64,000 nt of DNA from a bacterium (lineage in GTDB: Bacteria > SZUA-182 > DTGQ01 > JAFGSM01): the NCBI GenBank assembly GCA_049472335.1, contig JBLIRO010000014.1:1-64000 (forward strand), read 5' to 3'. The notes below the pieces were generated by a model. The model worked only from the letters and a program-made list of their open reading frames with translations, made no database searches and was not told the origin of the DNA. Each line of letters starts with the position of its first letter. The stretch's first letter is position 1. This document shows, one piece after another, positions 42,807 through 53,264 of the stretch. The position numbers were made by a program, and so were the translations under genes.

Positions 42807-43654
42807 AACCACAATCGAACGGACCAAATATCATGATAGAGGCAACGGATAAGCCCTGGAACTCAGCTACAACTCTCTATATAGCAAGGAAACTGCAATC
42901 TATCACCAAGGGGAAATCCCTGTCCGTACTTGATCTGGGATGTGGCGACGGTACCGTACTCGAGTATCTTCTGGGATATGGTTACGATCTCTGCGGATAT
43001 GATCTTCCGGAATGTGCCGCTGCTCTTAAAAAAAGGATTAGCAAATATTTTGGTGCTTCATTCCATAAACATTTTCGTATAACAGAGGATGAGCGATCAA
43101 TCCCCTTTGAGGATAAATTATTTGATGTTATTTATGCGAATCAGGTATTTGAACATATAAGTTCTTTGGGCAGTATATTACAGGAATGCAACAGGGTTCT
43201 TAAGCCAAATGGCGTTCTGCTTGCCATTTTTCCTTTGGCGACCAGTCCCATAGAGACACATATAGGAATACCCTTTGCGCACTGGATACCCCAAGGGAAT
43301 TTTCGTGTTCAATATCTCCGGTTTTTCTATGCTATGGGATTACGTTCCAGATCAAAAGGGATTTCATGTTTTGAAACAGCTATCAATCAGGATCTGTATC
43401 TAAAAGAAAAGACCTTTTACCGATTTTCGAATGAAATTCGGAAACTTTCAATGCCTTATTTCCAATCATTCAAATGCGAAACCGATCTCCTGGTTCGTGC
43501 CAAATTGGATCTAATGAAAATAGACAAAAATCCCATAAAACATTTGTCCGGATCCTTTATCCGTCTATTTGAAGGAAATTGTTTAAGTTTACTATCAACA
43601 TATTTTATTGATGCAGCTTTTTGTATGTCATATCCCAAAAAACATCAGAAATGA
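42803..43654 (+). CDS. Class I SAM-dependent methyltransferase
   Basis: VLDLGCGDG, FDVIYANQVFEH, RVLKPNG. Confidence 0.9.
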   Translation: MKPQSNGPNIMIEATDKPWNSATTLYIARKLQSITKGKSLSVLDLGCGDGTVLEYLLGYGYDLCGYDLPECAAALKKRISKYFGASFHKHFRITEDERSIPFEDKLFDVIYANQVFEHISSLGSILQECNRVLKPNGVLLAIFPLATSPIETHIGIPFAHWIPQGNFRVQYLRFFYAMGLRSRSKGISCFETAINQDLYLKEKTFYRFSNEIRKLSMPYFQSFKCETDLLVRAKLDLMKIDKNPIKHLSGSFIRLFEGNCLSLLSTYFIDAAFCMSYPKKHQK

Positions 43655-43663
43655 GGAAAAACA

Positions 43664-44560
43664 ATGTATTATAATTCAATCTTGAATGCTATAGGAAATA
43701 CCCCTATAGTAAAGATACACCATATCACTCATCGCGACGTTTATGCAAAAGCCGAATTTTTGAATCCTGGTGGAAGTATAAAGGATCGTGTTGCAAAACA
43801 TCTAATAGAGGAAGCCGAAAAGGCCGGTCTTTTGAAAAAGGGCTCCATAATCCTTGAACCAACTTCCGGCAACACTGGCATAGGCATGGCCTTTGTAGGT
43901 GTACAAAAAGGGTACCGGGTAATCATTGCCATGCCGGAAAATATGAGTGAGGAAAGAAAAAAGATCATAAAGGCCTTTGGAGGAGAACTGCGTCTTACCC
44001 CTGCAGTGAAAGGTATTCAGGGAAGTGTCGATTACGCTGAGGAATTGGCAAAGAATGACCCAAATATCTACATACCACAACAATTCGAAAATCCAAAAAA
44101 TCCGGAGATCCATTATCTGACTACTGCCAGAGAGATATGGAAGCAGATGGACAAGGAAATTAGCGCTTTCGTCGCCGGGGTTGGAAGTGGGGGAACCCTC
44201 GGAGGGGTTGGAAAATTCCTTAAAGAAAGAGACCCGGGGATAAGAATTATAGCAGTTGAGCCGAAAAACAGCGCTGCCCTTCTTGGCAAGGAACCAGGCC
44301 TTCATCAGATACAAGGGATAGGAGACGGTTTTGTGCCAAAGGTCCTGGATATATCACTCATCGATGAGGTTATAACCGTGAGTGATGATGATGCCATTCA
44401 AACCACCAGAAAACTTGCAAAGGAAGAAGGTTTACTGGTTGGTACTTCATCAGGAGCGAATGTGTGGGCTGCAGTTGAAGTATCTCTTCATCGTCCGGGT
44501 GCTGTTGTGACTGTGCTGCCGGACCGGGCTGAACGTTATTTCAGCACAAGTCTGATTTAA
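43664..44560 (+). CDS. cysK: Cysteine synthase A
   Basis: NPGGSIKDR (PLP Lys), EPTSGNTG, QQFEN, GVGSGGT, HQIQGIG. Confidence 0.95.
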   Translation: MYYNSILNAIGNTPIVKIHHITHRDVYAKAEFLNPGGSIKDRVAKHLIEEAEKAGLLKKGSIILEPTSGNTGIGMAFVGVQKGYRVIIAMPENMSEERKKIIKAFGGELRLTPAVKGIQGSVDYAEELAKNDPNIYIPQQFENPKNPEIHYLTTAREIWKQMDKEISAFVAGVGSGGTLGGVGKFLKERDPGIRIIAVEPKNSAALLGKEPGLHQIQGIGDGFVPKVLDISLIDEVITVSDDDAIQTTRKLAKEEGLLVGTSSGANVWAAVEVSLHRPGAVVTVLPDRAERYFSTSLI

Positions 44561-44633
44561 GCCCGGTTCTTGTTGAGATCATAAAAAAGTCATTGTAGGA
44601 GTCTTTTACGACTTGAAAGCTGACAATTAAATC

Positions 44634-44674
44634 AAAAAAAAGGAAGGATCGCCATCCTTAGGTATCCTTCCTTT
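44634..44674 (-). terminator. Intrinsic terminator of the cytochrome gene
   Basis: AAAGGAAGGAT...ATCCTTCCTTT stem with an A-run that gives a U-tract on the minus strand. Confidence 0.6.
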
Positions 44675-44704
44675 CAAAAAAATTTCTAAAAACAGAATCC
44701 CGCT

Positions 44705-45487
44705 CTATTCAGTCTCCTCTGCACCTATAACCTTAAATTCCACCATATCGGCATAAGATTCATCATCATGACAGTTAAGACAGGATACCTTATTGGCCTT
44801 GTGCGCTTCTATATGACAATCTTCGCAACTTATATCAGCATCTTCATGTAGTTCATAAATATTCTCAATCTCTCCTGCTATACGGGGATGTTCCGGATGG
44901 CAGGCGTCGCACTTTTGATATCTGATATCTGTATCGGAATGGCATACAAAGCAGGTATCCTTCATATCAGGCATGAACTTTTGCTGTCTTCCGTGAGCCA
45001 CATTCTTGTGGCAGGGCATGCATTTATAACGGGTGCCTATTTTCTCGTTCAACTCGATATGCATCTTATGATTCAACTTTACGGTTTCAGCAGGATTGCT
45101 TTCTTCATCGAGTTTTTCAAGCTGGTCCATGGTATGGCAGCCCTCTCTCAGACAAATAACCGGCAATGTAGCCTCCACATGGTGATAACCCGCCATATGA
45201 AATAAAAGGGAAAATATCCCGTTTGCTTTGGCCTTTAGAAAATTCAGGAAACCGGGTTTTACATGACAAAGCATACAATTTTTCATATTTCTACCCTTGC
45301 CGGGTCCATGTTTACAAAGGGTCCAAGTATCAAAATATTCATTCATTTCATGACATCTATTGCAAAACCAGGGAGTACACGTAACTTCAATACCAGCAAC
45401 GGAAACAACAGCAATAACCAGCAAGACGATTACCAATATGATAAATTTTTTCATCCTACTTGACTTTTTTTTAGTACTTATCACCAT
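44705..45487 (-). CDS. Membrane-anchored multiheme c-type cytochrome (NapC/NirT-like N-terminus; 7 CxxCH + 1 CX4CH)
   Basis: N-terminal TM; CNRCH, CMLCH, CLREGCH, CMPCH, CFVCH, CDACH, CEDCH, CLNCH. Confidence 0.9.
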   Translation of the reverse strand: MVISTKKKSSRMKKFIILVIVLLVIAVVSVAGIEVTCTPWFCNRCHEMNEYFDTWTLCKHGPGKGRNMKNCMLCHVKPGFLNFLKAKANGIFSLLFHMAGYHHVEATLPVICLREGCHTMDQLEKLDEESNPAETVKLNHKMHIELNEKIGTRYKCMPCHKNVAHGRQQKFMPDMKDTCFVCHSDTDIRYQKCDACHPEHPRIAGEIENIYELHEDADISCEDCHIEAHKANKVSCLNCHDDESYADMVEFKVIGAEETE

Positions 45488-45689
45488 TTACCTCCTTTTT
45501 GATTTATACAAGAGATTTAGAGTATAAAATTATAAAACTGAATTAATAAGCTATTAGAATTTTTATTCTAATGAAAGGGTTATAAAAAGTATTATCTTAA
45601 ATAATTTATATATAGTAAAACAAAAAATATACTCGATCTTTGAAATTATGTATGAAATCATTATACTTATTTATAATAGCTTTGTAAAG

Positions 45690-46757
45690 TCACCTGAGGT
45701 TTTTGATGTCCCAAAATGATCCTGTTTCATTTTTTACCCTTATTAAAAACTCAGGTAAAAGAGGGTCCTGTCTCATGAAAATTTTAAAGTCAGGATATAA
45801 TCTTCTCAATCGATCCAGATTCTCACCTCCCTGTCCTTTTAATACTGAAAATTGTTCTGGAGCTGATTGAATAATAATAGACTCCTTAAGGTTTGAAGAT
45901 TCAATATTCTTCTGAATAAATCTATTTATATGATTAAAAACTATTGCGGATTCTACCAATTCTCCGAAGGCGGGATGAAACGGACCGGCACATATAGCCC
46001 CTTCTCTTTGTAAAGAGGGTGTGGGCTGTAATCCACACCTTATTATCTTTATACCTGACTTTCTTAAAAGTTTAATTCCATCCCTGCATAGGTTAATAGC
46101 GTCTGTCAAGGAAAGCGGATTATATAATCCCTTTTGGAAAAGTTCTTCCAGAGGCGTACCTCTAATTATTACGGCAGGGTATAGCCGGACAAATTCAGGC
46201 CTGAGAGAGATTACATTATGTATTGTGGAGAGGAATGATTTCCTGTCTTCACCCGGCAATCCCGGCATGAGTTGAACACCTGTAATAAATCCTTCATTTT
46301 TGAGCATGCTTAATGCCCTAACACACTCTTCCGGGTCGTGACCGCGTCCTGATTGTCGGAGTACTTCACGATCCATCGACTGCACGCCCACCTCTACTGT
46401 TTCAACTCGATATTCCTTTAACAAATTTACTATATTTGAGGTGCAATAATCAGGTCTGGTTGAGATTCGTATTCCATCGATTCGTCTTTTTTTAATCATC
46501 TGTGAGGCTGGATTAAGAAGTTCTCTCTGAAGCCTTTCCGGAACCGCAGTAAAGCTTGAGCCATAAAAGGCTATCTCTTTGCGCACCTCATCGGAAGCAG
46601 CAGTATCCGGCTCCAGGCAGAATGTCTCGATCTCTTTGCGAATCTTTCTTATAGAGATCTTTGAATTGTCACCGGTTATGGTCTTTTGATCACAAAAGAC
46701 ACATTTATGCGGGCAACCAAGATGGGGAAGAAATATTGGAAGAATTTTGTAACGCAT
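45690..46757 (-). CDS. Radical SAM protein (Elp3/YhcC-like)
   Basis: GCPHKCVFCDQ, IRISTRPD, GVQLMPGLPG, GPFHPAFGELVES. Confidence 0.88.
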   Translation of the reverse strand: MRYKILPIFLPHLGCPHKCVFCDQKTITGDNSKISIRKIRKEIETFCLEPDTAASDEVRKEIAFYGSSFTAVPERLQRELLNPASQMIKKRRIDGIRISTRPDYCTSNIVNLLKEYRVETVEVGVQSMDREVLRQSGRGHDPEECVRALSMLKNEGFITGVQLMPGLPGEDRKSFLSTIHNVISLRPEFVRLYPAVIIRGTPLEELFQKGLYNPLSLTDAINLCRDGIKLLRKSGIKIIRCGLQPTPSLQREGAICAGPFHPAFGELVESAIVFNHINRFIQKNIESSNLKESIIIQSAPEQFSVLKGQGGENLDRLRRLYPDFKIFMRQDPLLPEFLIRVKNETGSFWDIKNLR

Positions 46758-46814
46758 TAAATTATCTATGATTTTTTCTAATCAGGATAAGCTGCAACAA
46801 ATATAAAATATTCT

Positions 46815-48380
46815 TTAATGCAGGAAATGTCTTATACCTGTGAAGATCATGGCCATACCATGTTCATCTGCCGCCTTAATGACCTCTTCATCATTTAAAG
46901 AACCTCCGGGCTGAATGATTGCCGTTGCACCTGCTTCCGCAGCAGCATCAACACCATCACGGAAAGGGAAAAAGGCGTCAGAACCGACTACAGTTCCTTT
47001 CAGGGGTAATCTCGCCTTCATTATAGCCAATTTGGTTGAGTCTACTCGGCTCATCTGCCCTGCGCCAATCCCCACCGTTTGATTTTCATTGGTAAAAACG
47101 ATGGCATTGGATTTTACATGTTTTGTAACCTTCCAGGCGAAGCGTAAGGCCTTAAGTTCTTTTTCAGTGGGTTTTCTTTTTGTCACTATCTTCATCTTAT
47201 CAGGATCCAAATCTATTAGATCCCTGTCCTGGATCAGAAGACCGCCTACAAGCTTTTTAAAAGTCCAGCCATGTCCGGGCCTTTCCTTCCAGGGGCTGAC
47301 CTCCATGAGCCGTATATTTGGCTTCTTTTCAAAGACAGTGATGGCATCATTGGCAAATCCCGGCGCAATAACGGCTTCAACGAAGGTAGAGGAGATTTCA
47401 CGGGCTGTCTGTGAGTCCACTTTCATATTAAATGCCAGAACGCTTCCGAACGCGGAGACAGGGTCCGTTTCATGCGCCAATTTATAAGCTTCAACGAGGC
47501 TGAATGCGGAAGCCGCTCCACAAGGGTTGGTATGTTTTATTATAATGGCTGTAGGTTCGGAAAATTCCTTAACCAGCTCCAGTGCCGCCTCCAGATCTAT
47601 AAGATTATTATATGAAAGCTCTTTACCTTGAAGCTTCCTGGAATTACCCACACAAGGCTCATCTGTATGCTCATGATAAAAAGCCGCCCTTTGATGGGAA
47701 TTTTCTCCGTAACGCAAATCCTGGGCCTTTTCATATTCCATCATCATTATCTTTGGAAACATCTGTTCTTCTTCGATATGTGGTCCGTGCTCATTCATTG
47801 ATACACGATCCAGATAGCGGCTTATCATCTGATCGTATCTGGCTGTGTGTTGAAATACCTTTTGCATAAGTCGATAGCGGGTTTTAATGCTTATTTCTCC
47901 GGAATTATTATCCATCTCCTCCAATATTGAATGATAATCCTCATGAGAAACAACCACTGTAACATCCTTGAAATTTTTAGCAGCGGAACGGAGCATAGTC
48001 GGCCCGCCTATATCTATATTTTCAACCGCTTCTTCAAAGCTTGTGTCCGGTTGGGCAATCTTTTGTTCAAAGGGATAAAGATTAACTACAACAAGATCAA
48101 TGACAGGGTAGTCCTGATCCTTAAGCTGCTCCATATGTTCCGGTTTGTCTCGCCTGGCAAGCAATCCGGCATGTATTTTAGGATGAAGGGTCTTAACCCT
48201 GCCCTCAAGCATTTCAGGATGGCCAGTAAAATCAGACACCTCTTGCACCTTGATTCCATTTTCAGTAAGAATTCTTGCCGTTCCGCCTGTAGAAAGGATA
48301 TCAAAACCGTGTTTTTGCAATCCCTTGGCAAATCCTATGATTCCTAATTTATTCGACACGCTGATCAAGGCCCTTTTCAT
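46815..48380 (-). CDS. purH: Bifunctional AICAR transformylase/IMP cyclohydrolase
   Basis: [56 protein letters not shown]. Confidence 0.98.
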   Translation of the reverse strand: MKRALISVSNKLGIIGFAKGLQKHGFDILSTGGTARILTENGIKVQEVSDFTGHPEMLEGRVKTLHPKIHAGLLARRDKPEHMEQLKDQDYPVIDLVVVNLYPFEQKIAQPDTSFEEAVENIDIGGPTMLRSAAKNFKDVTVVVSHEDYHSILEEMDNNSGEISIKTRYRLMQKVFQHTARYDQMISRYLDRVSMNEHGPHIEEEQMFPKIMMMEYEKAQDLRYGENSHQRAAFYHEHTDEPCVGNSRKLQGKELSYNNLIDLEAALELVKEFSEPTAIIIKHTNPCGAASAFSLVEAYKLAHETDPVSAFGSVLAFNMKVDSQTAREISSTFVEAVIAPGFANDAITVFEKKPNIRLMEVSPWKERPGHGWTFKKLVGGLLIQDRDLIDLDPDKMKIVTKRKPTEKELKALRFAWKVTKHVKSNAIVFTNENQTVGIGAGQMSRVDSTKLAIMKARLPLKGTVVGSDAFFPFRDGVDAAAEAGATAIIQPGGSLNDEEVIKAADEHGMAMIFTGIRHFLH

Positions 48381-48779
48381 CTTTTTCTCCTTTGATCTGA
48401 TTGTTTATATTTAATGTTTTTATTTGAAAGGTATTTTCTCGTCATCCCCTGGTTTAAAATCTATAAAACGATCTCAATCACAAAGACAGCCTTATTATAT
48501 AATTAAATAACAATTATTTTTTTATTATATTAATTTCTTCTTGCCTTTATGATTTAGTGGCTTATAATATCGGGGTGTTTTTTTCTTCTGCCCGGCACTG
48601 GGAAGTAACAATATATCTTAAGATTACTCATAATACTCAGATTTTACGGGACTGTCAAATTAAAAATTACAAAAACCTTTATTGTTGTAAAAATGCCTGT
48701 CTCTGTGCAATAATATTTATCTTGTAAATCTCAAATGACCGGATACGAATTATCTTAAAGATTATTCTGGAGAAATATT

Positions 48780-50189
48780 ATGAAAATAGAAGATTTCAGA
48801 ATTGACTGGCAAAAAGAACTTATTCCCCATCATAAGCCTGATATGATATATGAATGCATCAATTGCTCTCATAGCTATAAAATAGATCAATTCCTTTATA
48901 CATGTCCTTCATGCAAAAGTCTTCTGAAGATAAGGGACCTGAATTTCGATCTTTTAAAAAAATGCCCCGGCGAAACATGGAAAAAGATCTTTGATCAACG
49001 TAAGCTACTTAATATATCAGCATTGAAGGGAATTTTCCTTTTTCAGGAACTGATCCTGCCTATTGTGCCGTTGAAGGATGTCGTTTATCTTGGAGAGGGA
49101 CATACCCCTATCGTAGAGGCAAATGAGGCTCTAAGCGCTGAAGTCGGGATAGAATTCTTTATTAAATACGACGGCCTCAATCCTTCGGCCAGTTTTAAAG
49201 ACAGAGGCATGGCAAGCGCCATTAGCTTTATCAATTATTTTGTTAACAGCAAGGGCATTGAACAGATACTTGGGATATGCGCCTCCACAGGTGATACTTC
49301 TGCTGCTGCCGCCCTCTATTTGGCGTATCTTGATCATACAAAAGTAAAATCCGTAGTATTGCTTCCACAAGGCAAGGTCACTCAACAACAACTTTCTCAA
49401 CCCCTGGGCAGCGGTGCCACAGTTATTGAAATACCCGGCGTGTTCGATGATTGTATGAAGATCGTAGAAGAACTGGCTGAGAAATATCAGGTTGTTCTTC
49501 TTAATTCAAAAAATCCAATTCGAATCAACGGACAGAAATCATTTTCCTATGAGGTTGCCCAACAATTTGATTATAATAGTAAAAACCTTGTAGTGATCGT
49601 TCCGGTCGGCAACGCGGGGAACATAACCGCTCTCATGGAGGGATTCATCGATTTTTACAACCTCGGCATCATTGATAATCTTCCTCATATCATCGGGGTG
49701 CAAAGCTTCCATGCCGATCCGGTTTACCGCTGGTACAAGGAGGGTATATATAAACCTGTAAAAGTAAGGCCAAGTGTTGCCCAGGCTGCCATGATCGGTG
49801 ATCCGGTTTCCTTTCCAAAGGTAAACAAACTGGTTAACGATCATTTTAAGGATAATTTCAGTGTGATTGAAGTGACTGAACAGGAGATCATTGAGTGGAT
49901 GCTGAATACGAACCGTTATGGACATATCGTTTGTACTCAGGGCGGGGAAACTGTCGCAGCATTAAAGAAGGCTGTTCAATCAGGGATCGTTAAGAAAAAT
50001 GATACCGTGGTGGTTGACTCCACCTCACACCAGCTCAAGTTTGTCGATTTTCAAACAAGATATTTTGAAGACGCATATCCTGATGAATATGAAATTATTC
50101 CAAACTCAGAAATGAGCAATGCGCCAACCCCTTTACCTGCATCGGCAAGGGAGATTGCAAGATTTTTGAAGCTCAGGGAAAGGGATTAG
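48780..50189 (+). CDS. thrC: Threonine synthase
   Basis: N-terminal CxxC..CxxC, LGEGHTP, NPSASFKDRG, CASTGDTSAA, PVGNAGN. Confidence 0.9.
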   Translation: MKIEDFRIDWQKELIPHHKPDMIYECINCSHSYKIDQFLYTCPSCKSLLKIRDLNFDLLKKCPGETWKKIFDQRKLLNISALKGIFLFQELILPIVPLKDVVYLGEGHTPIVEANEALSAEVGIEFFIKYDGLNPSASFKDRGMASAISFINYFVNSKGIEQILGICASTGDTSAAAALYLAYLDHTKVKSVVLLPQGKVTQQQLSQPLGSGATVIEIPGVFDDCMKIVEELAEKYQVVLLNSKNPIRINGQKSFSYEVAQQFDYNSKNLVVIVPVGNAGNITALMEGFIDFYNLGIIDNLPHIIGVQSFHADPVYRWYKEGIYKPVKVRPSVAQAAMIGDPVSFPKVNKLVNDHFKDNFSVIEVTEQEIIEWMLNTNRYGHIVCTQGGETVAALKKAVQSGIVKKNDTVVVDSTSHQLKFVDFQTRYFEDAYPDEYEIIPNSEMSNAPTPLPASAREIARFLKLRERD

Positions 50190-50975
50190 ATGGCCGATAT
50201 AAAGGATTTTTTAAATCTCGCTCTAGATGCTGCCCACCAGGCCGGAAAAATCCAGAAAAGGGGGTTTGGCAAAAAATTACAGATCAATTTTAAAGGCCCT
50301 AAAGATCCGGTGACGGAGATCGATCATCAATGCGAAGAAAAGATCTTCAATCTGATCAAAAAGGCTTTTCCGTCCCATAATATCATAGCAGAAGAAGGGA
50401 GCCTTCATCAGACCACTTCCCCTTTTAGATGGATTATCGATCCACTGGACGGCACGACAAACTATTCTCATGCATACCCGTTTTTTTGTGTATCTATCGC
50501 CCTGGAAGAGAATAACAGGATAGTCATGGGTGTGGTATATAATCCAATGCTGGAGGAACTTTTTCTCGCAATTAGGGATGAAGGCGCAAAGTTGAATGGA
50601 AATCCCATTCATGTATCAGAAACCCATGACCTGGATCATGCCCTGATCGCAACAGGAAGACTTACTAAAAATCCCAAAAAAACAGATCTACATTTTGACC
50701 AGTTCCGTCAATTATCCATAATGGCACAGGGTACACGCCGGGATGGGTCCGCAGTTCTGGACCTTTGCTACGTGGCAACAGGACGGTTTGATGGTTTCTG
50801 GGAATTCGGATTAAAGCCATGGGATACCGCAGCGGGAAGCATAATCGTGCAAGAAGCCGGAGGGGAAATAACAACCTTTACAGGCAGCCCGTTTAGTCCT
50901 TTCGGCTCGGAAGCCCTTGCCAGCAACGGGATTCTTCATAAATCCATTATGGAAAACCTTTCTGCTACTCTATGA
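50190..50975 (+). CDS. suhB: Inositol monophosphatase
   Basis: AEE, WIIDPLDGTTNY, GSAVLDLCYVA, PWDTAAG. Confidence 0.93.
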   Translation: MADIKDFLNLALDAAHQAGKIQKRGFGKKLQINFKGPKDPVTEIDHQCEEKIFNLIKKAFPSHNIIAEEGSLHQTTSPFRWIIDPLDGTTNYSHAYPFFCVSIALEENNRIVMGVVYNPMLEELFLAIRDEGAKLNGNPIHVSETHDLDHALIATGRLTKNPKKTDLHFDQFRQLSIMAQGTRRDGSAVLDLCYVATGRFDGFWEFGLKPWDTAAGSIIVQEAGGEITTFTGSPFSPFGSEALASNGILHKSIMENLSATL

Positions 50976-51027
50976 TAAATGCCACATTGATGTTTTTAAA
51001 ATGTTTATACCCTTGATGATATCAATC

Positions 51028-51056
51028 TTGACAATGTAATGGATTTAATTTAAAAT
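51028..51056 (+). promoter_or_regulatory. sigma-70 promoter of TA pair 1
   Basis: TTGACA-17-TAAAAT; followed by an ATGACTAAT direct repeat (51061, 51074), a possible operator. Confidence 0.65.
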
Positions 51057-51109
51057 AAAGATGACTAATTTTTATGACTAATCTTGATTTGCTGAGGAAA
51101 ACAGATCAT

Positions 51110-51334
51110 ATGCACAAAGTAAACATCCATGAAGCCAAAACCCATCTGTCCCGTTTGATTAAAGAGGTGCAGGAGGGGGAGGAAGTGATAATAGCTAAAG
51201 GGAACAAACCAATTGTAAAGCTTGTATTAGTCCCTGATGCAAGACCTAAACGCAAGCTGGGAAGTGCAAAAGGTCTGATAACAATATCTCCTGATTTCGA
51301 TGAACCTTTGGATGACTTCAAAGATTATGTGTAA
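51110..51334 (+). CDS. Phd/YefM-family antitoxin
   Basis: VNIHEAKTHLSRLI..V..GEEVIIAK...PIVKL; C-terminal DFDEPL. Confidence 0.92.
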   Translation: MHKVNIHEAKTHLSRLIKEVQEGEEVIIAKGNKPIVKLVLVPDARPKRKLGSAKGLITISPDFDEPLDDFKDYV

Positions 51335-51723
51335 TGAGATTATTGCTTGATACTCATACCTTTCTCTGGCTTATTACAGATGAGCCAAGATTAACCGAAA
51401 ATGCCAAAAAATTATTTTTGAATCCTGATAATGATATATTTCTGAGCATAGCAAGCTCATGGGAAATAGCCATAAAATCAAGTCTTGGGAAACTCCATTT
51501 GGCCGAACCTCTGGAAAAACTTATACCTCGTGAAATTAAATCGAATGGGATTTATTTATTACATATTGAATTAAAACATGTCATGATTGTGGCAGGATTA
51601 CCATTTCATCATCGTGATCCTTTTGACAGAATTCTTGTGGCCCAATGTCAATCAGAAAATTTATCCATACTAAGTTCGGATCAGGATTTTGATAAATACG
51701 AAATAAAGAGGATCTGGGAATAG
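51334..51723 (+). CDS. vapC: VapC PIN-domain toxin
   Basis: LLLDTHTFLW, SSWEIAIK, HRDPFDRILVAQ; translationally coupled to the antitoxin. Confidence 0.93.
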   Translation: MRLLLDTHTFLWLITDEPRLTENAKKLFLNPDNDIFLSIASSWEIAIKSSLGKLHLAEPLEKLIPREIKSNGIYLLHIELKHVMIVAGLPFHHRDPFDRILVAQCQSENLSILSSDQDFDKYEIKRIWE

Positions 51724-51755
51724 TTGACAGTATAAAAAAATCTAAAACCAGATTT

Positions 51756-52841
51756 ATGGGGGAGCCCTTGAAAAAGTTTTTGGTAATTACCGTGGTTTTA
51801 TTTTTATTTACTATTGCTTTTGGGATCTCGAGGGCCATTGCAGCAACAACTCTTAATGAGGGTATTATAAATATCAATGGGACGATATACTATGCTTTGC
51901 TTGATCCATTCCCGGAATATTTTGATGATTCAGCATTTGATTGGATGGCAGGGTTAGGGACAATAACGATCAATTATAAACCGGGAGAAGCCGGGGATTA
52001 TTATATTATCTCTTTTTTTGATCACGAAATTGATAAACTTATAAATACCTATTTTAATGAATACGGAAAAACAACCGGCACACCCGATGCAAGGGAGTCA
52101 TGGGAAATAGATGAACCCGGTTTTACATTTGGAGATATCTACGATAATTTGCTAGGAGGAACACTGGATAATACTAATAATATCCCGCTGGGATCTGAGG
52201 ATGATGTTTCCATGGCCATAGGATGGGAGTTTTCTTTAGCCAAAAACGAAATGGTTGCATTATCTTTGACTCTGGAAGAAACACCCCCATCTTCCGGATT
52301 CTATTTATCTCACACTGATCCCAATAGTGATTACTCCTTATATTTCTCAAGCAGTTTGGACATAATACCATATGGATATAATTATCAAATAAACATGACA
52401 ACAGGATGGAGCATGATTTCTATACCTGTAAAACCTGAGAGTTTAGAGGCTGCAAATATTTATCCTTCCGCCGAGGTTATTTATGGTTATCAAAAGGGGT
52501 CCGGATATTTTCGGGTAACAGGGAATGAAGAAATGGAGGCAGGAAAGGGATACTGGATACTATATAAAGAACCCCAATACTATACTCTTACCGGCCAGCC
52601 CATTGACTTTTATTCTAAATCAATCGAAGAAGACGGATGGTGGATGATTGGGGGATGTACAACTGAAGCACAGGCAACCTCCGAAAATTGTACTATTGAA
52701 GTCATTTACAAATATTCCCCTGGAATTGGATATCAGAGAGTTCCTGCATCTGAGAATCTTGAGCCTGGAAGAGGTTATTGGATATTGTTTACAAATGTTC
52801 TGGATCAGGCTGAGTTTATGGCTAACAAGATAAAACAATGA
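51756..52841 (+). CDS. Secreted protein with C-terminal GW..GYW domain
   Basis: Signal peptide; N-domain FFDHEID..NTYFNEYG..SWEIDEPG..DDVSMA; C-terminal ~150 aa similar to that of 25820..28474. Confidence 0.85.
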   Translation: MGEPLKKFLVITVVLFLFTIAFGISRAIAATTLNEGIININGTIYYALLDPFPEYFDDSAFDWMAGLGTITINYKPGEAGDYYIISFFDHEIDKLINTYFNEYGKTTGTPDARESWEIDEPGFTFGDIYDNLLGGTLDNTNNIPLGSEDDVSMAIGWEFSLAKNEMVALSLTLEETPPSSGFYLSHTDPNSDYSLYFSSSLDIIPYGYNYQINMTTGWSMISIPVKPESLEAANIYPSAEVIYGYQKGSGYFRVTGNEEMEAGKGYWILYKEPQYYTLTGQPIDFYSKSIEEDGWWMIGGCTTEAQATSENCTIEVIYKYSPGIGYQRVPASENLEPGRGYWILFTNVLDQAEFMANKIKQ

Positions 52842-52944
52842 GACGCCCTTCATAATCGTATTCAATTTCCCAATTCCAATTTCGCAATTTCAACGTCCCC
52901 TTTTTAAGTCATGTTCTGGTACTCATTGAGAAAAAGATAATAGA

Positions 52945-53048
52945 CGGATATCCCTATCCCAAGTAATCATTTATCAAAAATAAATCGAATACCTGTTATT
53001 TCTTTTGACAAAGATTTTAAGAACTTAGGTTTTACTACAATTTCTTAG
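52945..53048 (+). pseudogene. PIN-domain toxin C-terminal remnant
   Basis: Reads ...RIPVISFDKDFKNLGFTTIS*, a PIN C-terminal motif with no intact 5' part. Confidence 0.4.
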
Positions 53049-53209
53049 ACAAATTAGAGAAAGCAGCATTCGATTATTCCTGAAAAACAAGGATTGCCAA
53101 AATCCATCTGGGACGAAATATCACTATTCAAAATACAAATCGATCAGTTTTCTAGCCTGAAATTAAAATAAATTGATGCCTGAGATTGTCATTCAAGAAT
53201 TGCTCCTTC

Positions 53210-53238
53210 TTGACAATTGAGTTTATAATGCATATAAT
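53210..53238 (+). promoter_or_regulatory. sigma-70 promoter of TA pair 2
   Basis: Perfect TTGACA-17-TATAAT. Confidence 0.75.
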
Positions 53239-53264
53239 TATATCATATTAAGGAGGTGTATATT

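Noticed and set aside
47089..48347. Antisense ORFs of 81-138 aa over purH, and similar shadow ORFs over atp, cysK and RHS
   Set aside because: They lie opposite or within well-supported genes and show no recognisable motifs.
48381..48779. ZMP/ZTP riboswitch upstream of purH
   Set aside because: A GC patch at about 48570-48605 exists but I could not find the conserved ZTP aptamer elements; an Rfam scan would settle it.
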